From Octopus vulgaris (lineage: Eukaryota), in contig OX597820.1 of NCBI GenBank assembly GCA_951406725.2, positions 124,744,001 to 124,808,000 of the forward strand: a stretch of DNA of 64,000 nt, written 5' to 3'. The translations under genes and the position numbers were made by a program. The notes under the pieces are model-generated. The model did no database searches and was not told the DNA's origin. It was given only the letters and a program-made list of their open reading frames with translations. Positions within the stretch are counted from its first letter, which is position 1. Each line of letters starts with the position of its first letter. Shown piece by piece: positions 27,491 through 42,077 of the stretch.

Positions 27491-28575
27491 AATATATGTA
27501 TATCTACATGATTAAAACAACGAAAACAATAAAGTAAATAAGTAACCATTCTAGATAAGATGGAACATAAAATCACTGAAATCTGGTTCAATTTCTCTGT
27601 GGGCGTTAACTGATGGTTGCAAAGAGAAATGATTACCCACATTTTGAATAACTGTATAAACGGTTATGATGAACTATGATGTGGGTGTGTAAGATTCTCT
27701 TTTCTTGTTATGAAAGGACATAGGTAATATAAATTAAGCATTATTAAGAATATTATGAAATGTTTCAATGCACGATGCTTTGGGAAACGTCACATTAGGA
27801 ATGGTAACCTAATATATACTTTATACATGGACGAGAACAGAAGTGTAGAGTAGATATGAGGAAAAATGCATGCTGGGAAAACAGTTTGATATTTTAGGAA
27901 CACATCCTCATCTCGTGTGTTAAGAATATTTTGTCTCTGTTTTCTCACCTTTGTACGTCTATGTATAAGCAGCTATATTACCACGTCAATAGCTACATTC
28001 GATTACATAATGATGTACTTATACACAAATTTAATTTTGTACTTTATGACTGTTTAAAAAGACATACACGTAATTGTATATTCACACCAAATATTCAATT
28101 TAATTTCATGAGAAATATTCTTGGTGTTAGAGATGCACTTCTGCAAGCTTATATGACACTTATATAATCGACATTCTTAAACATGCATTCGCAAACGTGG
28201 TGTTTTTTGACGTGCATTCTTGCATATTATTACACATGCAATTAAATATTTGTATAGACTCATAAACGCACGTTTGCCCATGTATAGGCATGCATCTTCA
28301 TTTTAACTAGTCGATCAAATGGAGGAACGAGCAAATCAAATGAATTGATTAAATGAATTAAAACGGATCAACTTGAAAGTTTGATAAATAAATAAGATAA
28401 ATAAATATAAATATTATTGTTACGGTCCTGAATAATGAATGCTAATCGGTGAATGAATAAGTGTTAAAAATGTTATGCTATTCTACAATGTTAGTATACG
28501 AGAATAAACCAAAGAGGAAAAGATCACTTAAAATGTTTTCGAGAACACACCAAAATTACCTGAAATATCTCACAC

Positions 28576-28606
<31 letters not shown>

Positions 28607-28890
28607 ATTTGGCTCAAAAGCAAATAGCAAGGCCATGTAGGGGGATATGGAGTTAAGTACAGGGTGGTGTTCATGTAAAGAGTTCAGGCCACTTGAGGTC
28701 AAGGGAGGCTTTGAACAAAGCGGTCGTCGGCATCTTCACCATCTCGTCTGGCAGCTCGTTCCACGGATCCGCAACCCGGACGGAGAAAGCTCCTCTCCTT
28801 CGATTGAAATGAAATCGTCGCAGGTAGAGCTTTTCGGAATGACCCCGCAGCCGACGCTCTGGAGCAGGAGTGAAGAACAGCTTTTTCGAG
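28576..28890 (-). mobile_element. CR1-like LINE 3' end with (TAAC)n tail
   Basis: Minus 28886-28671 reads KLFFTPAPERRLRGHSEKLYLRRFHFNRRRGAFSVRVADPWNELPDEMVKMPTTALFKASLDLKWPELFT* (RGH..R..FS.RV..WN.LP..FK..LD signature), followed by a short UTR and (TAAC)n. Confidence 0.9.
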
Positions 28891-29277
28891 AGGTTTCACT
28901 AGTTGTATATATTTCAAAGTATTCGTTTCTTGTCTGCATAGTAAGGGAGATTATAAGGAACAAAATTGTAGTGTTTTTATGATTTAAGCAATTGGAGTCA
29001 CCTTACAGTTTGTAAATTGTATCAATTAAGTATGAATAGAATATCATCTGGATTGTAAGATATCCATAGCAATATGGCAATATTGGCCCAAGGATTAACC
29101 ATGCGTCTGTGTATATTCGATCTGTTTTATTTATGAAAGCTCAAATTTACTTCCATAACCAGGTCCGCTAGGCATTTAGGGATTAACAAATAAATGACAA
29201 TTGCAGCTGGGAGGTGTTTATAAGCCATTTAAGAAACACATGAAAACCGTTAGATTCACTTCAACATATAAATTTAA

Positions 29278-29328
29278 TTTGTCAAAATATTTTCGTCGCT
29301 TTCAGACCGCGACTTGTTCACTGACAAA
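29278..29328 (-). ncRNA. Minimal hammerhead motif with G3-C8 core swap
   Basis: Minus strand TTTGTCA-GTGAACA-A-GTCGC-ggtctgaaa-GCGAC-GAAA-ATAT-TT-TGACAAA: 7-bp stem I, 5-bp stem II, palindromic AATATT stem III. Confidence 0.7.
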
Positions 29329-30795
29329 ACTGCGTGACTACACTGGTAAATTCATGTTTGAAACATGTTTGAAACATTTTCTCTTAGTCTTTAGTAAGTT
29401 TTATATGTCATCGCTTATGTGTTTACCAGAATAGAAGAAAACACAACACTGTTCAATTACCATACAGCAAGTGATCATCCCATTTACAGCTAGAGGAAGT
29501 TTATGAGATATGATTTTCACTATCCTTAGCAACGAATTAAGCAATGGCGTATCGAAAGAACTTTGGGAATGTTTAGAATGCATAATAATCTAATCAATTT
29601 CCTATCGAAGATCTCATTCCTGATGTCCACTGAGAAGCGATTGTATATTAGTTTGAGGAAAACGTTTGCTATACCATAACCCTTGGCGTTTTCAACTATT
29701 ATATCTCGACACATTAATATCCGCTATAAAATTTATTTTCAGTAAAACTATTAGTTTGGAAAGCTTAGTACGGGTGTTGAGGCGCACGAAAAAATGTGAA
29801 CTAATTTGAAAGTAATATTACAATTTTAAAAATTGTTTTTTGTTAGCAATCCAAGATGTTCACTCATCGTGCATAGTTAATGCTATAGGGACCACTTGAA
29901 ACTTCAATACAAATCACATTAAACCCTATTACACTTTCTATGAAAAACTATTTCATATGAAGAAAAATTATAAAATGCAACGCAGCACTTTACTCTGCTT
30001 GGTTCAGCATTATATTCGTGCGTATGTTTTTGTATATAATTATGTGTTTGTGTTTACGTTTATGTCCCAACGGCAGCATAAAATTTACGCTTATAATAAC
30101 ACATATATTTCCCCATCTATGTATACCTACATCTATTCATATGAATATCTCCCTACTTAACTCTCTCTGTCTTTATATACTCCTAGACATTTATTTATAT
30201 ACAAAAGCATATATATCTGTTTATGCTTATACATGTATATGAATCTCTCTCTCTACCAATCTATCTCTCTATCCATTTATCTATCCATATATATATATTT
30301 GTATAACATTTTCTCTTAATGGATATACTCCTTTACATTTGTGTAAATTTAGTATTTGTTACTCATAGCATACGTCACATGTGAATTCAAGCTGTTTTAC
30401 ATTTAATATAGGGAAAAAGAACACAAAATATATAAAATTGTTTTTCATAACCCAACGTGAAACTTGAAAATTATTGAAACAGATATCATAATAAAATGGA
30501 AAAATATATATTACAATCTCTTAAAAATCTAAGCGTTGCCCGAACTACTACTGGGCGAAATTTTTTTCATTTGGCGTGGAAAGTGATTCGGTTGTTTCCA
30601 TTAACATAAATTTAATATACTCTTTTAGGCTCAATGTTATTCCATAAGGGAAAAATTCAATCGTCACAAAGTGGGACTAAGGGAGCCGAGACATCAACAT
30701 TGGTAGAAATCAGAGTTTTTTCCAATTACATTAAGAGTATTTTTACTCTTATTTCCACCAGTGTAGATGTTTCAGTACATTTTAGTCAGACTTAG

Positions 30796-30864
30796 TATAT
30801 ATATATATATATATATATGATATTGATGATTGATTGATATGATGTGGCATGTGGCACCGCCATT

Positions 30865-30899
<35 letters not shown>

Positions 30900-30983
30900 T
30901 AATACATATATATATACATATACACATATACATATACACATATATACATATACATATATATATATACATATATATATATATAC

Positions 30984-31059
<76 letters not shown>

Positions 31060-31063
31060 CGCA

Positions 31064-31099
<36 letters not shown>

Positions 31100-31221
31100 C
31101 ATATATATACATATATATATACGTATATATATATATACATATATACATATATATACATATATATATATATACACACATCTATATATATACATATATATAC
31201 ATATACATATATATATATATA
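30796..31221. repeat. Complex (TA)n/(TACA) microsatellite
   Basis: Directly visible. It is the source of several spurious ORFs. Confidence 0.95.
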
Positions 31222-32317
31222 ATATGCACAATAAAACGAATGGCTTTACACCAAGCAGCTTACTGGTAAAGCACGGCAACTTTCGCAGTGATCGTTAGGT
31301 AGATGCCAAATGAAAGACGGAAGATGAAATGTACGAGAATTTATTATTTATGACGACTATTGTTTATACACATCTAGCATCGATTCCTCCTGCGCAGAGA
31401 CACTCAACAACTGGTTCCGGAGCAACCGGTGATGTAGATGTATCACCGTCGGATGATGAATAAATAAAACTCGTTAAAATGAGCTTTCCGCAGTGTAAAT
31501 TTCCGTTTTGTAGAATGAAAAGCAGCCAGGCGGAGGAAATATCTTCATTTACATAGAAGACCAAATATGAAATCACAGATAGAAAAGAGACAAAAGAACG
31601 CAGAATCCAACAGGAAAAGTCTTAGAATAACCGTTAACAGATATGGATATATAAACACCTTTGGGCAAGCTGCATGATGCGAGCACAATGGCTCATGTAA
31701 GCATCCGCAGATATGCTAGCATATGCACACGTGAGGTTTGGTGCACTCATGATCACAAAGCGAATTAGGTATTTACTTGGTGTTTATATGAATAGGGAGG
31801 TAAAAAATAAACTTGCGTCATCCATACTTTAAATTAAATTAAGTTAAGTTAACGGTGACTCAAAATTCATTCCCACTGCATTGTGCGAAAGTACATTCAT
31901 ATGCGTGTAGGCATTTCGAGAGTCGTTCAGAAATTCTATTAATGATCCCGTTACCCCACAGAATAGGCAGGGATCCTCCGGCGTAGAGACGGCATCACCT
32001 GGAAATTATATTTTATTTTGTCACGTACTTTATTATGGACCAATTAATGCTGTACTTCGTTTTATCCTCCTTCATTCGCCATAAAAAACTCTGCCAAAGA
32101 TGCTGAATGTCTCTTATTGATTGTTTTAAAGCTGGCAACATAGTTACGATAACGATTCTTCAATGAATCAGCCGTCTGCCTAACAGGGCCATCCCATTGT
32201 GTGTTCGGTACTTTTGTATGCAAGATTTGTACTCTTATAGAGATTCATCAAAGGAAATTTTGATTTTTCTCTGCATGAGCATTTTTCGTATTTACTTATA
32301 TATAAGGCTGCTCCGAC

Positions 32318-32408
<91 letters not shown>
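32318..32408. repeat. (ATCT)n microsatellite
   Basis: Directly visible. Confidence 0.95.
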
Positions 32409-32412
<4 letters not shown>

Positions 32413-32489
32413 CTAGCTTTCTGTATTACACGAATCAAACGAGAAAGAGAGAGTTGCAGATAAACAGATAGGTATTTAGATAGCTAGGT

Positions 32490-32670
32490 GAATTTGTCCT
32501 CCCACGGCCTGAAATCCGTCTTGCTTTTTTTACGTCCCCATAACTTAATGATTCGTCAGAAGCGCCTCGTTTGTTAAGTACCCGATTTTAGAATAAGATA
32601 CTGGGGACGATTTGTTACACCAAGTCATTAAAATTGGTTGAATTACTGTATCAAGTAAAAAGTAAAAGAT
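32490..32670 (+). mobile_element. SINE family B right-half remnant
   Basis: tttacgtccccataactta..taagtac..agaataagatactggggacgatttg..aagtaaaa. Confidence 0.55.
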
Positions 32671-32730
32671 ACACATGCACGGAATGAGTAAACTATATGC
32701 AAATCATTGATATTTGAGATTGCTTCCAAA

Positions 32731-33125
32731 CAGGCGAGCTGCCAAAATCGTAAGCACGCCGTACAATATGCTCGAAAGCATATTGTGCATCTAAGTTCAA
32801 ATTACGCTGAGAGGAACTTAACTTTTATCATGTCAGGGCTCTATAAAACAAGTAGCATTTCAGTACTGCGGACGATCTAATTAACTAGACCCACCACTTA
32901 AGTTGCTGGTCTTGTGCCTAAACTTGAAAACAATGTTTTGAAGGAGGTGAACCAGTAGAATAATTAGCTCGCCGGGCATTCGCAGCATTTCGTCCGTCTT
33001 TACATTCTGAGTTCAAATTCCCTCGAGGAATGTACATTTAATCATTTTGGAGTCGATGAAATACTAGGAGGGATGCGACCCCCTCCGAGAAATTGCTGGC
33101 CTTGTCTCAAAATTTGAAACCAATA
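32731..33125 (+). mobile_element. Two tandem decayed SINE A-related copies
   Basis: aggcgagctgccaaaatcgtaagcacgccg and gcatttcgtccgtctttacattctgagttcaaattcc, each ending ttgctggYcttgt.c.aaa.ttgaaa. Confidence 0.65.
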
Positions 33126-35203
33126 TTATAGTCTGTTGCTAGGAAAATCACTTTATGTTTATATAGTGTTGTGCCAAGAAACTAGCAGTTTTATAAGAAG
33201 ATAATGTATTTAGGTTTAGCCTTTTATCATGTAATGCATTTATCGAGTCTATAAACAAACGTTATAGAATATTATAACATACATTAAACAAAATGTCCAA
33301 ATACACCATCTATTTAAAAGCAAAGAGTCAATAGTATATTGATAAAAATAAAGAAAGGAATCAGACAATGCCTTCTACGTAATCATTACACCAGCTGTAA
33401 GCAAACAACGCACCGTCTAATGTTTAGGCTCTTTGAATCAATCTATTATTCATTTGGCATGTTTGTACAGAGCTTACGTGATGTTTACTTATATATTACA
33501 GCATCGTTGGTACTGCGTATTAGATAGAAAGCAATGTAATCTTATGTGCTTCAGACTAAAAGTAAAATAAGATTTTGGCAAAGATTGAATTAGGAAGACG
33601 ATATTTGTAGGCTCAATATATTTGTCATTTGAGTTATTTACGGCTCCGTTCACAAAGTTGCCGACACATACACACATATTCACACGCATGCTTCCAGCTT
33701 CGACAGTTTACAGCTGTTGTTCTACTGACATCAGATTGAAATATCGCTGGGATGTATCGCCAGAAAGATTCTTCAAGACCTAGGTGTAAATGAAGAACGA
33801 GGTAATCGAGTAGTTTCAGTTACTAACGCTTGTGAAACCCAAGGTAAAGATGCCTGAAACAATCTCTCCATGATCCTCACAAGACAAAATAAAAGTGGAT
33901 TGATTGTTGCATAGACATAAATACATACATACACACACATATATATGCATACACACACACACTCACACACACGCATATATATATATTTCACGAGTACAAT
34001 AGCATTTGAACATAGATGGGTCAATGGTTCAATTTGTTGAAAACATTGAGATTTTACGCCAAACGCAATTAAAATGTCACAGCGTAGATGCATTCGATCA
34101 TACGTTTCCTCAATACAAAGGTCGTCGTATAAGGTCTTCAAATATACGTTTGTAATCAGTCAGTGCTGAAGATTTCAGCTCCATAGCTGCTCCCAGTGAG
34201 ATTTTATGGCCATTAAAATTTAAGCAATTTCGAAAATGTTTGAACTGTTGAAATTGTTTCATTTGTATGATACCACTATCCAATAATCTAAATAGTTTTG
34301 ATGCCATAACTTGGAATGTACATTTCTTTAATCTAGGCCGTGTCAAGTCCATCTGGCACTGAAGATCAATTTCCTCAACCATATAGGAAAAATGCCAACT
34401 GAAAATTGCAAAAATTCACGTATTAAGAGGTATTAAAAAAATCAAATTTTAGGCAGCTATTACTTAATACCAAGTGTTGGTTAGCACCCATCGTCTTTAT
34501 TATTACAGTAGGTCAAAAATCTCAACAAAGTACAGAGATTGACCTAATCAAAATACTGTTTCCTTGTGCAACGTTGATCGTGGTGGAAGGGTGCAACACG
34601 TTACAAATTGAAAATGCTTGAATAACTACTCGTGTTTTTTCAGTGTTCGAACCAGAATAAATCCTTACGATGAAGATGAAATTATATGAAACTAGATATA
34701 CTCCTGGTGCTGTGTACAGAAATGTAGAAATACAGTGCTGAAACACACACCGGATATTCATTTTCATTTACTGAACAGAGCTCAGAATAGTAATTCTCGT
34801 TTTATGTGTTAATTCGAATGCGCGGAAATCAATGTGCGACAATTAGGAACACTTTCAAACCTGGAAATCCTTGGAGATTGAACTCCTTACAATACAAGAA
34901 GTGCAAGGTGAATCAGAAATGGTATCTCATACCGTTATGGTACCTATTAGATTCAGGGCTCGAAAAACCTTAATAATTTAAGGGTGAATGATAAATATTT
35001 TAACAGTTTCTTCGACTGTATTTTCCATCCAAAGTTGCAGAAAAAAATTACAAAATCTAGTGGAAAGTAAGAAACATGAACATTGGAAAACAAAATTGAT
35101 TCAAAAGATATTTGCTAGCCTCGTGCATATCACGTGATCATGAGTTTAATAAAAAATATTTCACCTACTTCATTATCTCCATCTGTATATATATATATAT
35201 ATA

Positions 35204-35237
<34 letters not shown>

Positions 35238-35252
35238 TTTCTATGTATGTAC

Positions 35253-35304
<52 letters not shown>

Positions 35305-35331
35305 GGTGTGCGTGTCGTACATTTTGTATAT

Positions 35332-35393
<62 letters not shown>

Positions 35394-36887
35394 ATATATA
35401 AACATATATATTATATAGATTTGCTTGTGTAAGCGTATGCATAAAAAAACGGGAACTGTTGCGAGTCTGCAAACTGCATTGAACAACGCAGGAGGGGTTA
35501 TCAAATCTGAGTTCCACTATTTTTCTTGTTTTCAGTGATGAGTGAGATAAAGTAGGTCATCCACACTACGGATATAGTTTATCCTGGAAAACTATCATAT
35601 CAGTGCTGTATATGAACATAACCAGGCTAATGTTCGCCATGATCAAACTCAGAATCTTAGTTGAATTTGTGTGTATATTATTATTTCTATGCAAATATTG
35701 GTTTTTATCGAAGATCAGATTAGTAACTATCTAATCGTAGTTTATTTTAATCATTCCAATGGGTTCTACACAATTTTGTCATGAAAATTGAAGCATTACA
35801 TTTGTTAGTACTTCAACCTTTTAGCTGTACGCGTTCTCAATCTTAGTAGTTAAAGACACGATTACTCAGGAATTATCCTCCTTTTGTGTTTTTTTACTGT
35901 AAGTTATCTATCCTCTCTAGTAGCCATGCACGTATATGTGCTTGTTGAAATTTAAGGGAATATTAGCGCTATTCTCATCTATCCTGAGCAATATGTATCA
36001 ATGAATATCAGCGCGAACTAATCCGCAGGTATTCAATTTAATTGATCGAAGAAATTAACCATTCTTTAATTTGCTTCTTACACTCAGTGTACAATTCAAC
36101 CCCCGTTATATGCATGGCGATGTACCGCATTCCTTAAGGGTCATCTTCAATGTGGTATAAGGGCAAGCTTTGGTTCAGCAATTCAAGCATTCGATACTTT
36201 TAAACGTAATACTGGATTCAATTAGCCATACATTATTCTAAATAATAATGTAAATTGTAGCCCACGGTGATTTGCGAATCATTTCAACGTACACATTTAT
36301 ATTCACAATTGTAACGTTAAATATTTCATCAATATAAGGCCCAACTATTAATTTCTTCAACACAGAGATACGAATGGCATTTCAATATTTGTACAAGGGC
36401 TATCATACGTCCTTTATTTAGGGTTAATATACAAACATACACGCACACACACTCATATATATGAATACGTATATGCACATATATATGCATATATTCATAT
36501 ATATCTACACCCATCCACCACAGTCAACGTTGCACAAAGAAACAGTCTTTCGAATAGGTGAATCTGTGTTTTGTTCAGATTTCTGACCTACTGTAATATG
36601 CATTCACATAGGTATACACTTTTGTAGTCCTAAAGATACAAGAATATAAAGTATGTGTGTGACACTCATCATTCTAATTTACAACTCATAACAGTTCTCA
36701 TAACAGTTTTCGTCATGTAGACTTTACAGGAAGTCCAGTGGTAAAGCGATATTTTTTTCGAAATTTGACCCTGAAGGTAAGATTAAAAAAACATTAAAAG
36801 AAAATTGCACACACACATAGACACATATATGAGAACAAGCATGGACTACTTGCATACATACATACATACATACATACATATGTCTAG

Positions 36888-36948
<61 letters not shown>

Positions 36949-37298
36949 GTAATTATAAAGACAGGTAGAGGGATAGAAATGTAGATAGATGGAAAGATAA
37001 ATTAATAGATACTGATATGAATATAGATATATGCATAAGCATATATGTATACATATCTAAGTATATGTATGAGAGTGTATAATATCTGTGAGAAAGAATT
37101 TGAAACAGATAGAAGGGGTAGCAAATGAAAGAAATGTAAATAGAGGGAAATGTACATCATTCTTTCAAGAATTGTATTCGAAACTGCATATTTCAAGTAA
37201 CGTGTAAGCAACAACATTTAATTTCACTCATACACATATGAGCATATAATAATACTAGAAGAAACATATTAACTTACATGTATGTATATGTGTACCAC

Positions 37299-37344
<46 letters not shown>

Positions 37345-37453
37345 CACATATACATATATGCATATAAGTTTGCATATGTGCATATATATATATATATATA
37401 TATATTGGTATATACATGTGTATATATATATATATATATATATTGGTATATAC

Positions 37454-37485
<32 letters not shown>

Positions 37486-37487
37486 GC

Positions 37488-37524
<37 letters not shown>

Positions 37525-39196
37525 CATATTCATATATATTATTTATGTGTACATATATGTATATATACGTATATATGCAGGCACCACATCTGCATTACTT
37601 TTCCTTTTGCCTTTTCTCTCACTGCTCTCCTAGAAACTACTTGAATTTTATGAACGTCTAATACGTAGATTCTCAAATTTATGAAGCTCCACTGATCGAA
37701 AGTATATTCTATAGCGTTATCCCAAAGAGACTGAATTCTTTCTCCATTATTCCAGGCGATTTTCAATGATTAATTGTGCAGCTGTTGTTTAGTTCACTTC
37801 AAACTGAAATAACAATAATGAAACAATAATAAACAAAATATGGAAAAAATATAAAACGATAAATATATGATGAAACAGAGAAATCAATGAAGCAATAAAT
37901 ATTTCTTGAACAAATAGTTTTAGAAATCCCATTCTGTATACTTATTTCACTCACCCCACCACTTATCCTCCATTAAATCTCGTTCCAATAGAGTTTTTTT
38001 TTTCTTTCTATCGGCAAAATGCATTTTTTTGTTGAGTGTCTTCTAATCGATTAAATTGGCCCCTGAAAACATATTTCAGAGAGTCTAAAATTGTGAACGT
38101 TAATATTAAGACTGGAGAGTTATACATTTAGGAAAAAGAGAAGACTGATACTGTCAGACTAAAATATTTCGAGCTCAAAGGCAATCTTATCTAAAAAAAA
38201 AACAAAAAAAATAATGGTTTTAAAGCTGGCAGTTCGACTTGCCATCGTCGTCTGAGATGTAGAGACAGCTTGTTTTCTTATTATTAAATGGGTTTACAGT
38301 ATGGATTAAATCTAACTTACATTTTCGAACCGGAGTTCAAATTTTCATATGAATTCAGCTGGGACAATGTGTATCGTTGTACGTCAGTCAGATTGGCACT
38401 GGATAAAAATCAATATTCAAACGTAATATTTATTTCGAGTATAGAAGGCACAAGTCATTACATAATGCACTCTCTTTCATTCTATGAATCTATTTTAACC
38501 ATGATGCTATTTATGACTGCCATCTATGTTGGCTCCTTCACTTATCACTACTACTATCACTATTACAGCTTTGCACACTTTCTCACCCATTAATTTAGCA
38601 TTAGATGGGTTTCGAAATATAAAAAAAAGCACGTTTGATTATAGCGTAAACTAACTTTCAATACAAATCAAAATATAAAAGACGTAACGTAAAATGATTT
38701 CAATACCTATGTTTACTCGTTCATTAGAAGTTTCTCATCTAATCGATTGTGATGTGTTGCTATCTTGAAAAAATGGTAAACCGAATTTTCCTCGTATTGA
38801 GTATTAAATATGAAAAAATGTCTAAGCGATATTGGTAAAATATATGTAGTACATATTTTTAGCATTTGCTGCAAAATATCAGGTTTCATTATTTTATTAA
38901 CATATTTGTTAGTTTAGTAATGGCCTCTACTGTATAAGATATATCGCACATACACGAAAAGAAGTAGATTAATCATTACATATTCGTAGAAAACAAGCAA
39001 ATACAAAAAAAAAATCAACTGAAAACAAGAACAGAACAAAGCAAGCATGAAAGGATGCAGCGATGTGCATATTCAAGGAAAAACAGTTAAATACTCAGTC
39101 ACACATGAGTACGCATCAACTCAGACAAAATGATATACTCGCGCACACAAGCATACACACATCCATGCACACCCACGTGCACACACACATATCCAT

Positions 39197-39256
<60 letters not shown>

Positions 39257-39854
39257 CTCTTTATAGTTACACATAAATACCACTGTTAATATTAAAAAAA
39301 TTAAGTATAACCAGTACAGAGAAATATCGTTAATAATATTTAGACTGGACGTTCACACAGAAAGTTTGATTCACCAGTTTATAGTTTATTGAGTTTTTGT
39401 TGACCGACCTAAACACAAGAAAAAGAGCGTACAGCGATGAAATCAGAATAATAAAATTATGATGGAAGCAGAATCTTCAAGGTTCGTTTTTCGTTTAGCC
39501 AATCATAAAATAATTTTGAAGAAAACAAGATGAAAATGTTAGACAATGAGCTTAGAGTAGAAATATAGCGAATATCAAAGCAAAAGTTGTGTTATCAATA
39601 TGAAATACGAAATATATACTTTCCATTAACGTTAAGACGTCGTTTGGAAAATGCGGTAGAATGTTTCAAATAGACAAATTTATTTTTAAAATGTGTGTAA
39701 AGCATCAGAAACATATTTATTTGAAAATATATATATGAAGGAAGAAATGTTTTTAAACAAAGACTGGGATTTCAGGTACTTCTTAAATGTTGAAGACAAA
39801 TGATTCGCTACCAGACGGGAAATGCAATTTATAAATATAGTTATTGATATGGAT

Positions 39855-40062
39855 TTCAAATTTTGGCACAAAGCCAACAACTTTAAGGAAGGGGTGAGTT
39901 GATTTCATCGACTCTTGTACTCAATTAATACTTCTTTCATCGATCCCGACGGTCAAAAGGCATAGTGGACCTCGGCAGAATTTAAACACAGAACGTAAAT
40001 ACAGACAAAATATAACTAAGCATTTCGCCCGGCGTGTTCACGATTCTGCTAGCGCACAGCCT
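39855..40062 (-). mobile_element. SINE A-related copy
   Basis: gacctcggcagaatttaaacacagaacgtaa..aagcatttcgcccggcgtg..cctt. Confidence 0.75.
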
Positions 40063-40453
40063 TCAGTATCGGTATTAATACTAGTTTCAAATGTTGAAAG
40101 AAGTCTAGTAAGTTTTGCGGTGAGGTTAACAAATTATAAGATGGTAACATGCATGTTAAAGATATGTACTCTGCGCTATTCAACTACAGATCTGCCCCCA
40201 TATGATCACTCTCTTCGGAAATATTTTGTGGTTCTGAAGGTGTCTTTTGGGGAGGCAATTCAGGCCATCTCCATAAAAACTACAGATTAATGAGTAGGCT
40301 TTTCATTCCACCCTGGCTCTAAGACAAGATAAAATTACATGCATCTGTCATCAAATGTATTACTTACGCAGCTGATACAAAGTTTGCAAACCACTACTGG
40401 CAGAAAACCTAGTCACTTAGGATAATGTCTTGCATAGTTATGATGAAATGTTT

Positions 40454-40806
40454 AGGCGCAAGAGTGGCTGTGTGGTAAGTAGCTTACTTACCAACCACAT
40501 GGTTCCGGGTTCAGTCTCACTGCGTGGCACCTTGGGCAAGTGTCTTCTACTATAGCCTCGGGCCGACTAAAGCCTTGTGAGTGGATTTGGTAGACGGAAA
40601 CTCAAAAGAAGCCCGTCGTATATATGTATGTATATATATTTATATATGTATATATTTATATATGTATATATATATATATATATATGTATGTATATATGTA
40701 TGTATATATGTATGTATATATGTATATATGTATGTATATATGTATGTATATATGTATGTATATATGTATGTATATATGTATGTATATATGTATGTATATA
40801 TGTATG

Positions 40807-40843
<37 letters not shown>

Positions 40844-40876
40844 GTGTATATATATATATATATGTATATATATATG

Positions 40877-40930
<54 letters not shown>

Positions 40931-41112
40931 TCCCCCTAGCATTGCTTGACAACTGATGCTGGTGTGTTTACGTCCATGTCACCTAGCGGTTCGGCAAAAA
41001 GGTCCGATAGAATAAGTACTGGGCTTGCAAAGAATAAGTCCCGGGGTCGATTTGCTCGACTAAAGTCGGTGCTTCGGCATGGCCGCAGTCAAATGACTGA
41101 AACAAGTAAAAG
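40454..41112 (+). mobile_element. SINE family B, full-length, with ~310 bp expanded internal microsatellite
   Basis: Both halves align with 12260-12670. The internal tract 40619-40927 includes a (TATGTATGTATA)n 12-mer run. Confidence 0.92.
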
Positions 41113-41830
41113 GGTATCATGGCTGACAATAGTATACTCCTTGGTTGGGCAATATGGAAGGCATTGAGTCTAGCCGGAGGTATGTAAATATAAATCAATA
41201 TCTGTATATGGACATATAGTGAAATACACTTATACATACATGCATATACATTTGTGTGTGTGTGTTTGTATGAATATGTGCTTTGTGTGTATGTGTGTAT
41301 GCGTGTGTACATGTAGAAAGAAATGACTTTAGGAAGCGCTGAATAGTTGTTGATCTTTAGAGAAGAGGCATCACGTGCATGTAAGTGTTTTGGCACTTAG
41401 ATTCTTAATTCCTAAGATGAACGGACCGCAATCATATCATGGTCTGCCACAGTGTGTGATGTTAGCATTTTTATGTGCAACTTCTTAATGGGCCTTGTAA
41501 CCGAAAGTCTAGATATCTTTGCTGCTGCAACGCCTTCCGTTACAAAAACAAGTAACACGTATGATAAATTTGACTTTCTGAAGTTCACTTTTGTTTCCCG
41601 AAACCCACTTGGAATACGTCCCAGTCAATTCTGGCACGGCCCATTTGTGGAACACTGTTGCTTAAAAACTAAGATTTGTTGCGTGACAGCATAGGCGCGT
41701 TTACCGGCAAAATCTGCACTCCGATGTTCCTACATTTGTATATACATAAATAAATATGCATACATGCATGTATTTATATTAATATGCGCAAAAATACACA
41801 CACGCACACAGACAATCGCTCACTCACGCA

Positions 41831-41918
<88 letters not shown>

Positions 41919-42035
41919 TGTGTGTATGTATGTGTGTGTGTATAAATTAATAATATGGAGAATAGATTTATAGATCCAGTTTTATTCTGCAGTCAATCAC
42001 GTCTTACAATTTATGCAGCATATGTACACATGTAC

Positions 42036-42077
<42 letters not shown>

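Noticed and set aside
31364-31576. 70-aa minus-strand ORF as a host exon
   Set aside because: No recognisable domain and no clear splice-site support.
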